The position numbers and the translations under genes are program-made. The notes under the pieces were generated by a model, which ran no database searches, was not told the DNA's origin, and saw nothing but the letters and a program-made list of their open reading frames with translations. Source: a virus. Taken from it: 64,000 nucleotides of DNA. Shown here piece by piece: positions 9,270-16,888 of this stretch. The stretch lies in IMG/VR virus record IMGVR_UViG_3300042465_004839, positions 9,170-73,169 of that record; one strand, written 5' to 3'. Each line of letters starts with the position of its first letter. Within the stretch, counting starts at the first letter, position 1.

Positions 9270-9455
9270 TTATTGATTGTTATAATTGAATTCTAATATT
9301 TCGGATAAACTAAAATCAATTTGAATGATTCTATTTTCAATTTCGCATATACAAGTTACTCTTTTACCTTTCATTTGTGTAACTTGTAACCATCTATCAT
9401 TTAAATTTTGATAGTTACTTTTGGTGAAAATTTTTGCTGATAATAAATTTTTCAT
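9270..9455 (-). CDS. hypothetical protein
   Basis: AATTATG start. Confidence 0.6.
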   Translation of the reverse strand: MKNLLSAKIFTKSNYQNLNDRWLQVTQMKGKRVTCICEIENRIIQIDFSLSEILEFNYNNQ

Positions 9456-9461
9456 AATTGT

Positions 9462-9617
9462 TTAGTTTTGTTTTTTGAAATTTAAAATAAATAATTTAAT
9501 TGCTGATGGAATTACTAATAATTCCGATAAACCTAACATATATATGTTAGTTGTGATAATTGAAATTAAGGCTAAAATAAAGCCTAAATAAAGAAATGTA
9601 AATAATAAGTTTTTCAT
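9462..9617 (-). CDS. 51-aa membrane protein, first gene of the leftward array (not in ORF track)
   Basis: MKNLLFTFLYLGFILALISIITTNIYMLGLSELLVIPSAIKLFILNFKKQN*; ACACA leader at 9620. Confidence 0.55.
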   Translation of the reverse strand: MKNLLFTFLYLGFILALISIITTNIYMLGLSELLVIPSAIKLFILNFKKQN

Positions 9618-10052
9618 AATGTGTTTTTTTGTTTCGTTTTGATATGCAAAGAATCATTTAATCGTTTAAAACTGAAATAAAAATAGAATTAAAACATTTT
9701 AATTTGTAAAATGCATCTATAAATCAGACAATTAAAATTTAAAATACTTAAAAATAAATATTATTTAGAATGATTCTAAAAGAAATAAGGCTAAAAATAG
9801 CAGTTTTTAACAATCAAAAAACTTTAAAGCTCTTATTTTTTATGCATAAAAAAATTGATACAAAAAACCTTGTGAAGATCAGGAAATACAAGGCTTTACA
9901 AGGTATTTTGTCAAAATATGCTTAAACACTGGTCAAACATATAATTTGAGTAAAATATGTGTTTATTTGAATTATTTTTGATAAAAAATAAGGCAATATA
10001 AACCATCAAATAAAAAGAAGTTATAATAATATAGTAAGGTAAAAACAAAAAA

Positions 10053-10304
10053 CTATTTTGATTCAAGTTGATTAATATATTTAAGTAAGTCAAAAGTAAA
10101 GTTATATTGTTTGCAAATAATGTACAAGGTATTTAAAGATACATATTGAATAGAATTATTTTTAAGTTTATTGTAAAAAAAGTATTTACTGATATTTGTA
10201 TCTTTCGCAAGTCTATAGATAGTTATTCCCTTATTACTTATTAAGTCAGTTATGAATAACTTAAATATTTCGTTTGTTGTATTCGTTAATTGTATTTTGT
10301 CCAA
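10053..10304 (-). CDS. XRE/Cro-C1-type HTH transcriptional regulator
   Basis: KGITIYRLAKDTNISKYFFYNKLKN...SLNTLYIIC; start codon uncertain. Confidence 0.75.
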   Translation of the reverse strand: MDKIQLTNTTNEIFKLFITDLISNKGITIYRLAKDTNISKYFFYNKLKNNSIQYVSLNTLYIICKQYNFTFDLLKYINQLESK

Positions 10305-10490
10305 TGTAATAATGTAAGTTAGTTATTGTCTTAAATAGGTTTAAAAGCAGTAAATTTGATTTGATATATAATAGCACCACAAAAAATTGAATGTAAAAAG
10401 TTTAAGTTATAGATGTGATTCTTTATTTATATGTAAATAATGGATCAAAAAACTTATATTTTATACTCAAATTTATTTTTAAATAATTAT

Positions 10491-10823
10491 TTACAATGGT
10501 TTATTATTTATAGTGCGAATGGAATCAATTAAACTTTCTTTATTGAACATATCACATCCTTTAAAATGAATCAGCAAAGTTTTAAATTTTATTTTTAATA
10601 ATTTTATTTGCTGTTTAATTGTAATCAAATAATATAAAAAACTGATAGCCAATGGTTTAACTGGGATGGGGCTGTTTTTTTCTGAACTTTTTTTTACTTT
10701 GAATTGAGTAGTTACCTCACTCATTTCCATACATACATTAGTAATGGAGGGGGGTGATACTTTGGGGGTGGGCTTTTTTCTTTTCGCCTTAGGTTTATCT
10801 TGTAAAGGTTTGTTTTCTTCCAT
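10491..10823 (-). CDS. hypothetical protein (likely start MEENKPLQ)
   Basis: TACCTTTG -7 element about 20 nt upstream of this ATG; 3' half looks poorly coding. Confidence 0.35.
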   Translation of the reverse strand: MEENKPLQDKPKAKRKKPTPKVSPPSITNVCMEMSEVTTQFKVKKSSEKNSPIPVKPLAISFLYYLITIKQQIKLLKIKFKTLLIHFKGCDMFNKESLIDSIRTINNKPL

Positions 10824-10983
10824 TATGTTTATATTTTCTTTAGGCAAAGGTAGTATAAAACCGTATTAAAACAAAACTCTAATAAAATCACTCCTTACTT
10901 TGTCTAAACTCGGTAAATACGAAGACAGGCTAAATAGTATCAAAACACTTGTAAAACTCGAACCGACCGCATATATTTGCAGT

Positions 10984-11394
10984 ATGGAAAAGCAAAAAGA
11001 ATACCCTAATTTAATCAGATTACCACAGAAACCTGAAGTTGCTCATATCGAAAAGAAGCAAGGAATCTATCGAATTATATACAATGATGGCACTTACTAT
11101 GTAGGTTCATCTAGTAATTTAAACAGCCGAGCATCAAATTATATGTGCGTTAGGCAATCTAAACACGCTTCTGGAGGATTAAAGAAGTTATTACAAGTTG
11201 GTGGTGTATTCGGTGTTATTGAGTACACGCCTTACCTTAACAAGGTGGATTTACTATTGTTGGAAAGAGAGGAAGTAATTAAAGATGGCAATAAGACTAT
11301 AAATAGGAGCTGCCCTGCTTGTAGAAGAAAGATTGCAACTTGTAATTGTTGTGATAATCATGAAGGGATTACTAAGATGACTGTCTTTTTATAG
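10984..11394 (+). CDS. GIY-YIG endonuclease
   Basis: GIYRI...YYVGSSSNLNSR...E; ATG 4 nt after TATATTTG (10972-10979). Confidence 0.85.
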   Translation: MEKQKEYPNLIRLPQKPEVAHIEKKQGIYRIIYNDGTYYVGSSSNLNSRASNYMCVRQSKHASGGLKKLLQVGGVFGVIEYTPYLNKVDLLLLEREEVIKDGNKTINRSCPACRRKIATCNCCDNHEGITKMTVFL

Positions 11395-11407
11395 GGTTTG
11401 GTTAAGC

Positions 11408-11441
11408 AAAAAAAAGGGGAGTAAGTTGTTAGCTTCTCCCC
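11408..11441 (-). terminator. intrinsic terminator for the leftward genes
   Basis: On minus: GGGGAG-AAG...CTT-A-CTCCCC followed by a T-run. Confidence 0.7.
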
Positions 11442-11500
11442 AGAGTTTGGAATTAGTGTTAGTATTATTTCTTTTAACTTCTAAAAATTCTTTTCATAAT

Positions 11501-11710
11501 TTATTGTATAAAGTTTTCGTTAAAAAAATTCTCACAGTCCTCTTCTGTGTTTAATCCTCCCTCATCGTAAGTTCCCTGTGCGTATGAGTTTATTAAGCAT
11601 TGCTTCTCTAATATCAAGAATCTCTGGAACTCTGTGTTTAAGTCATTACCTATAAAGTATTGATTAGTTTTCATGTAGTCTATTAGCTGTGATACTGCTG
11701 TCTTTACCAT
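11501..11710 (-). CDS. 'KQTAVEWL'-type small phage protein
   Basis: MVKTAVSQL...EKQCLINSY, similar to 23526-23735. Confidence 0.65.
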   Translation of the reverse strand: MVKTAVSQLIDYMKTNQYFIGNDLNTEFQRFLILEKQCLINSYAQGTYDEGGLNTEEDCENFFNENFIQ

Positions 11711-11858
11711 TACATTTATTATTTATTTAATTTCTTAAAATACCTTCTTGCTGATAGTAGGCATAATAATTTTTCAACATTTGGTTTTATTCCTATTTCT
11801 GGAAAAACTTCCATTATTACCTTAATTGCTTTTGTTGTTTCTTTTCTTGTGTATGTTG

Positions 11859-12131
11859 TCATTTTGTTTCTATGCTCTCTGCTAATTCTAATATATAATT
11901 GTTTATTGTTTCTTGCTCAAATGTCAAGCCAATAAGCATTGACTTAAATGCTGTAAAAAGTTCTTCAAGTCCTGCAAATTCATTGAGTTCAACTGTGTGC
12001 TTAACATATTTGTTGTTTACTGTAAACACTATTTTATCTGTCATATCTTTTGATTGTTTTTGTTCTAACATATTTTTATTTGTTATAACTTTAATTTTAT
12101 TACTTCCTTTATAAACTCTGGTGAGATCCAC
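11859..12131 (-). CDS. hypothetical protein (true start probably internal)
   Basis: ORF track; internal Met at MLEQ or MTDK. Confidence 0.55.
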   Translation of the reverse strand: MDLTRVYKGSNKIKVITNKNMLEQKQSKDMTDKIVFTVNNKYVKHTVELNEFAGLEELFTAFKSMLIGLTFEQETINNYILELAESIETK

Positions 12132-12478
12132 TTGTTAGTTGCTACATAGTACCTGTCTCCATCTTTGTAGGCTTGTACGGTTTCTTCTTTACCCTCAAAT
12201 TCAGTTCTTACCTCGTACTGATTATCAGGGTCATATCTTAAGTTGAACTCAATAGCATCCTCGTTATCATGTTCTAAAGCGTGTTGCATAGATGGATTCC
12301 TGTTTACCCATTCGTATAGCTTTGCTCTTTCTTCTGGCGTAAGCTCGTGGTAGTACTCGTTTATCGCCTTATCCCAAAACATTGCTCTTGCTATAGGTCT
12401 TGGTGGTATGCAGGCTTCCACGAGGAAGCTAAACTCAAAGAAGTCAATCTTAAACCTTTGTTTTTCTGCCTTTGCCAC
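12083..12478 (-). CDS. hypothetical protein
   Basis: 131 aa, ACIPPRPIARAMFW. Confidence 0.7.
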   Translation of the reverse strand: MAKAEKQRFKIDFFEFSFLVEACIPPRPIARAMFWDKAINEYYHELTPEERAKLYEWVNRNPSMQHALEHDNEDAIEFNLRYDPDNQYEVRTEFEGKEETVQAYKDGDRYYVATNKWISPEFIKEVIKLKL

Positions 12479-12479
12479 T

Positions 12480-12665
12480 TTAAAATAATTCTTTTAAAAC
12501 GCATTCATACACAAACTCTGAATTACAATTAAGTTCATCTAATTCGCCATCAGTTAATTCAACTCCATCTATTTCTGCATAAAAAATATAAGCATCAACG
12601 AAGTCGGGGTAATCGCTTGTATCAATATTTGCCAATTCAATATTTGTTATTTTATCTAATTCCAT
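12480..12665 (-). CDS. acidic hypothetical protein
   Basis: IDTSDYPDFVDAYI...ELTDGELDELN. Confidence 0.7.
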   Translation of the reverse strand: MELDKITNIELANIDTSDYPDFVDAYIFYAEIDGVELTDGELDELNCNSEFVYECVLKELF

Positions 12666-13000
12666 TACGACATATCTCCCTCAGCTTCTGGGTTAACAGT
12701 TATTTTATTTGCTACGTTCTTTTCGTACCATATTTTGTTTGCCTCTACTACGCTATCAAATTCTTTTTGAGGAATAATTCTTTTTAAGGCTTCCTCTCTT
12801 GTTGTTATTGGATGCGGAATGTCTTTTTCTAAAGGTGCTACTGCATTTACTAATTCCTTAGCTAAATTAGTAGCAGCAATGTACTTGTTAATTCCACCTA
12901 AACCACTTTGGCTATTTGCTAATAAGCATACTGGGCAGTAGTACTGGAACAAATATTCTCTGTACTCTTCTTGTGTGTTAAAGTCTTGTCTTGATTTCAT
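12665..13000 (-). CDS. hypothetical protein
   Basis: ATG start, coupled to next gene. Confidence 0.6.
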   Translation of the reverse strand: MKSRQDFNTQEEYREYLFQYYCPVCLLANSQSGLGGINKYIAATNLAKELVNAVAPLEKDIPHPITTREEALKRIIPQKEFDSVVEANKIWYEKNVANKITVNPEAEGDMS

Positions 13001-13027
13001 ATGTTTTATAATTTATTTATTTTAATT

Positions 13028-13101
13028 TGTCGGGAGCAAGGAATTGAACCTCATTTTCTACCTCTCGTAGGTAGTGTAATTGCCATTATACGACATCCCA
13101 A
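13028..13101 (-). tRNA. degenerate tRNA (apparent anticodon CGA, non-canonical loop)
   Basis: TTGGGA/TCCCGA acceptor, TAATGG D-loop, CTACC/GGTAG anticodon stem with TACGAGA loop (A at position 33), GGTTCAATTCC T-arm; short variable loop is atypical for Ser. Confidence 0.55.
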
Positions 13102-13104
13102 TGT

Positions 13105-13180
13105 TGATGTCTTTCCATCAGTCAGGTAAGTTCTCCAGATTAATGGACTGGATGCCATGTAGGAAGATTACCGTTTCTTC
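13105..13180 (-). ncRNA. three-hairpin RNA with probable pseudoknot between two tRNA-like genes
   Basis: GAAGA/TCTTC, TCCAG/CTGGA and TGATG/CATCA stems; loop GGTAA complementary to downstream TTACC. Confidence 0.5.
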
Positions 13181-13181
13181 G

Positions 13182-13314
13182 TAGTCGAGGGTCAGACTCG
13201 AACTGACATGATTTAGTTTCTCTATCTGTAATGTGTTAAGAGTACACAAAACATCTTAGCGTCTACCATCAGGAATCAACTTTATCAGTGTTGCCCTTGT
13301 TCCGCCACCTGACT
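13182..13314 (-). ncRNA. tRNA-like RNA (Leu/Ser-type scaffold) with expanded D-loop and remodelled anticodon arm
   Basis: AGTCAGG/CCT(C)GACT acceptor, TGGCGGAA...TGGTAGACGC D-arm, perfect GTCAG-TTCGAGT-CTGAC T-arm. Confidence 0.65.
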
Positions 13315-13322
13315 ATTTTTTA

Positions 13323-13688
13323 TTATCTACTTACTACTACTCCATTATGCATTAGCGTTACCTGACAAGGTACTTCCACGTTCTCTACTTGCTTGTGCCT
13401 CTTTCTTAACCTTTTGCAATACTGTTCGTAACTCCACTGGCAATCTTCTTTTTTATTGTAGGACTGCCACTTATAAATTAAACCTTTAGAACAATTATTA
13501 GTTAAGTCGTACACTATATCTCTGATATTAAAGTAGTAATGCTCAAAATATTTAACTATATCGCCTGATTCTTGTGCCATATTATAATCAAAACTAATCT
13601 TTTGCTTTTTTATAAATTCGTCAATATATCCTGTGCAGATACGCTCGTATTCAATGTTTAAAGTAGATACAATTTCTTTTCGTGTCAT
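13323..13688 (-). CDS. hypothetical protein
   Basis: 121 aa; preceded by TACTTTTG promoter and a 6-codon uORF. Confidence 0.65.
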   Translation of the reverse strand: MTRKEIVSTLNIEYERICTGYIDEFIKKQKISFDYNMAQESGDIVKYFEHYYFNIRDIVYDLTNNCSKGLIYKWQSYNKKEDCQWSYEQYCKRLRKRHKQVENVEVPCQVTLMHNGVVVSR

Positions 13689-13946
13689 GATTTTTGATAT
13701 TTCATTTCACAAAAGTATCAATATAATTTACAATTACTAATTAAATTATATTAATCTTTATAATAATATATTTTTATAATCTATACCTCGCCAAATGTAC
13801 CTAAAAAAACATAGTTTTGGCGAGTTATGTTCTATATATTAGATGTCAGTTTAAAACTGATACCCTTACTAAAATACCTAAATATACATTTTAAGTACTC
13901 ATTTTGTGTAATATCATACAAATACGGTACTTAAAATGTGATTTTT

Positions 13947-14144
13947 TCACATTTGCCTGTCTAAAGATATATTCTTACAGAATCTAATTTCACGATTGCT
14001 AAGAGTCCAAATCTGACCGTCATCCATAGCACATGTAAATAGTAAATCGTGTTCTTGTGAGTAGTCAATTAAAATAAAAGCATAACCCTCCATATTATCT
14101 GATACTCTAAATATCGGTATCATTGGATTTAATTGTAGTATCAT
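13947..14144 (-). CDS. hypothetical phage protein
   Basis: MILQLNPMIP...IDYSQEHDLL...GQIW. Confidence 0.7.
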   Translation of the reverse strand: MILQLNPMIPIFRVSDNMEGYAFILIDYSQEHDLLFTCAMDDGQIWTLSNREIRFCKNISLDRQM

Positions 14145-14272
14145 CTGTTTGTTATTTTGTACAATTTACTTGGTTTTGTCTGACATATCATACACGTTAC
14201 TACTGTAACTACTAGTTATTGAATGATTTATCATACATTTTGGTCACATCTCTATCCCAGATTTGTGACGAA

Positions 14273-14452
14273 CTATCTCAAGAATATTTTAATAGTTCTA
14301 CCACCATCCTGATACTGAACCTCGACTTCCTGAAAATCTCCCATTTCTTTATACATGGTTAGTAGTCTACCTATAGGTCTATCATTGCCTGCGTGGTTAA
14401 TAACCTCAAAACGAGTAACCTCTACTTTATCTTTTTCTTTATTGTTTTCCAT
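14273..14452 (-). CDS. 59-aa hypothetical protein (not in ORF track)
   Basis: VTRFEVINH...GR...QYQDGGRTIKIFLR*. Confidence 0.65.
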   Translation of the reverse strand: MENNKEKDKVEVTRFEVINHAGNDRPIGRLLTMYKEMGDFQEVEVQYQDGGRTIKIFLR

Positions 14453-14461
14453 TATTTTTTA

Positions 14462-14767
14462 TTATTTATTTGTTGTTAGGTATTGATGTAATAATCCTGC
14501 TATAGACTCCACTAATTGTTCATTCATCCAATCTGGGTTTCCACTATGGTAAAGTATGCAATGTGCAAGCTCATGGCAAAAAGTGGATTCAACTATGCTC
14601 TGCTTGTACTTTCTCCAGCCTTTCTCTGCCTTGTACTTGCTTGCTATTATGATTATGTTGTCATAAGATATAAATCTTCCGAAGCATTCGTTTTCAGCAC
14701 AGTACTTATTATCGTACTTTACTAGTATTGTTTGCCCAAGCATATTGAAGGAGGATGGTATAATCAT
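14462..14767 (-). CDS. small zincin-like metallopeptidase
   Basis: FCHELAHCIL (HExxH) plus downstream NEQLVE. Confidence 0.75.
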   Translation of the reverse strand: MIIPSSFNMLGQTILVKYDNKYCAENECFGRFISYDNIIIIASKYKAEKGWRKYKQSIVESTFCHELAHCILYHSGNPDWMNEQLVESIAGLLHQYLTTNK

Positions 14768-14769
14768 GG

Positions 14770-15927
14770 TTAAAAAATGTGTGAAATTCGTGCAATTTGA
14801 CCATTTTCCTTACAATGCAAAAATGCTTCACAACATTTTGGTGCGTGTTGATATCCGTTTCTGTGATGCCAACTGTCTGTACCTGAAGGACTTCTTAGAC
14901 TTTCAATAGTTATACCTGCATAATCCTTGCTTGTCTTATGGTGGACGTGGTGTGTATAGATGTAACGATGTTTTGTTGCAGCCCACTCTCTACTAAACTC
15001 TACTGCCATTAATAGAGGCAAATCTTGTTGTTTCGCACCATCTCCATGAGTTGTGCCTATTAAATTTTTGTAATATTGAAAACCTTTTCTATGCGCTATT
15101 GAACAATCGAATGTTATGTTTTTACAGTCTTTAAAATATGTTTCAATTACCTGAGCAAGAAAAAATCCGTTAGTATAATCGTGATTACTTGGGTTAAATG
15201 TAAAGTGTACGTCTGCTATACTAATTAATATTTCTAATACTTCAATGTATAATTGTTTTGCAATTAAAAAGTTGCTGTGCCACATTCCATCAGTATCTTG
15301 TGGAGTTCCGCTTGTAGTAGTTCTATTCGGATTATCTATGTGGAGGATATCGTTACCGCCAATAAATAAAATTTTGTCTATATTAAAACTTGAAACCTTT
15401 TGTAATATACCTTTTACTCCATCTAAAACTCTTTGAACTGCTATTTGATTATTGTATGACTCTCCACTTTCAAAAGATGTACATAGTTTCCCAATATGTA
15501 TATCTGCAGGATCTAAAACTAATAAGTAAGAATCTTTGTTTTCTATTCTTTTTAATTTAGGGAATTTAGGAATATAAGCTTGAATATCTTTTATTAGTTC
15601 TGCTCTAAAATCTAATTCTAATAGTTCCTCTGGGGCTACAAAATTAGGATTCTTAATAAACAAACTTGCGGTTTTGTTTTTAAGCCACAAGTGTTTAACA
15701 TTTCCAAAGTCTACATCTAACCCTTCAGTTGCTTCGTAAATTCCTTCGTGTTTATCTAAAATTCTATTACGATTTCTTCTTACATAAGTTCTTAGTAAGT
15801 CTACTTGGTATTTATCATCTCCTAAAATCGATTTTGCTACCTGTTGGTCTGTAAATGATTCATTTTTTAATAAACACTCCTTAATTTTATTATCGTAAAT
15901 AGTCCATTGTGATGTTTTGTTTCCCAT
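14770..15927 (-). CDS. calcineurin-like metallophosphoesterase
   Basis: DIHIG, GNDILH, SNHD, THGD and HHVHH motifs. Confidence 0.85.
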   Translation of the reverse strand: MGNKTSQWTIYDNKIKECLLKNESFTDQQVAKSILGDDKYQVDLLRTYVRRNRNRILDKHEGIYEATEGLDVDFGNVKHLWLKNKTASLFIKNPNFVAPEELLELDFRAELIKDIQAYIPKFPKLKRIENKDSYLLVLDPADIHIGKLCTSFESGESYNNQIAVQRVLDGVKGILQKVSSFNIDKILFIGGNDILHIDNPNRTTTSGTPQDTDGMWHSNFLIAKQLYIEVLEILISIADVHFTFNPSNHDYTNGFFLAQVIETYFKDCKNITFDCSIAHRKGFQYYKNLIGTTHGDGAKQQDLPLLMAVEFSREWAATKHRYIYTHHVHHKTSKDYAGITIESLRSPSGTDSWHHRNGYQHAPKCCEAFLHCKENGQIARISHIF

Positions 15928-15933
15928 ATATGT

Positions 15934-16128
15934 TTATTTAAACCCAAATAAATTTTTAATATTGTCTAATACATCATCTTCAAAAATATTAGATTTAGTA
16001 ATGTCTTCTACACTAATATAGTTTAGTCTGTCATTTACTTGTTTCTTGGCATCTTCTATATTATAAGCTCTAACCTTAGTACTCATCTTTCTACCGTAGA
16101 ATTCAAAACGTAGTATGTAATCTTTCAT
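15934..16128 (-). CDS. hypothetical protein
   Basis: ATG 4 nt after TACTTTTG (16140-16133). Confidence 0.7.
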   Translation of the reverse strand: MKDYILRFEFYGRKMSTKVRAYNIEDAKKQVNDRLNYISVEDITKSNIFEDDVLDNIKNLFGFK

Positions 16129-16279
16129 ATTGCAAAAGTAGTGATGTTTAGCTAAATAACTAATTAAATTAATTTAATCGAATTATATTCTTGGGTACTA
16201 TACCTTTGTTAGATAATATTTTAGCTAAAATTAATATTAAAAGAGTAAATAGCTAAAATGTTAGATTAAAAAAATATAA

Positions 16280-16420
16280 TTTGTTTTATTGAATGTAGTT
16301 ATTATATTTGCAGCGTACTAATTGGTATTATTGAAGTAGAGAGCAGTAATACCTATTAACTAGGATTAATTAAACAATTAATCAAGCCCTGAACAATTCT
16401 CTACTTGTTTGGGGCTTTTA
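16280..16420 (+). promoter_or_regulatory. Bacteroidota promoter plus structured leader/attenuator of the replication operon
   Basis: TTTG (16280) -19 nt- TATATTTG (16303); two hairpins then a terminator (16384-16420). Confidence 0.7.
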
Positions 16421-16426
16421 TTTTAT

Positions 16427-16888
16427 ATGAAAAACTTTGATAGTTTTAAAAACGCAATTTCGGTATACCTAAAGTTTAACGATAGATATTGCCTTCAATA
16501 TTTAGAGCCAATAGGTCATAAAAAAATTTCTATTATTTTATCTTTAATTAGAAAAGACAATGAAATTACACAGGAACAATATTATACAGTATGTTCAATG
16601 TATAGTCATTTCTATAGTAATTATTTTAAAATAAAAAATTTAAATAGTTTAGAACCAAGAAAAATTGCACAGCAGTTTATTAGTAGAAAAAAAATAAGAC
16701 ATTTTATTTTTAAAAGAGATGGTTTTAAGTGCTTAAAGTGTGGTTCTGAAAATAAATTACAGATTGACCATATATTACCAATAGCAAAAAAAGGAGAAAA
16801 TAAAATATCAAATTTACAAACACTTTGTATTTTTTGTAACAGTAAAAAAAGAGATAATTATAAAGACTATAGAAATGGCGGAAAATAA
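16427..16888 (+). CDS. HNH endonuclease
   Basis: RDGFKCLKCG...IDHILP...N..SNLQTLCIFCNSKK. Confidence 0.9.
   Translation: MKNFDSFKNAISVYLKFNDRYCLQYLEPIGHKKISIILSLIRKDNEITQEQYYTVCSMYSHFYSNYFKIKNLNSLEPRKIAQQFISRKKIRHFIFKRDGFKCLKCGSENKLQIDHILPIAKKGENKISNLQTLCIFCNSKKRDNYKDYRNGGK

Larger units (their letters stand above)
2381..9628 (-). repeat. dispersed start-associated motif AAAAACACA (about 18 exact copies)
   Basis: TGTGTTTTT on + at 2381, 3580, 4171, 4981, 5616, 5627, 5638, 6001, 6258, 6537, 6752, 6983, 7200, 7443, 7792, 8179, 8686, 9258 and 9620, nearly all 0-12 nt upstream of a minus-strand ATG. Confidence 0.85.

Noticed and set aside
2381-9628. CRISPR array or integron attC cassettes
   Set aside because: Repeats are short, low-complexity, non-palindromic and separated by whole genes; no cas or integron integrase gene
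13105-13180. Theta (HDV-like) or hammerhead ribozyme after the tRNA-like gene
   Set aside because: The first stem closes after 8 nt, incompatible with the nested HDV double pseudoknot; no CUGAUGA plus GAAA core in the right arrangement
13934-13954. CRP-like site AAATGTGA-N-TCACATTT
   Set aside because: Spacer is 5 nt rather than the 6 nt CRP requires; kept only as one of the palindromes
14273-14452. Apparent frameshift in the VTRFEVINH gene
   Set aside because: Recounting shows an intact 59-aa frame, just under the ORF-track length cut-off
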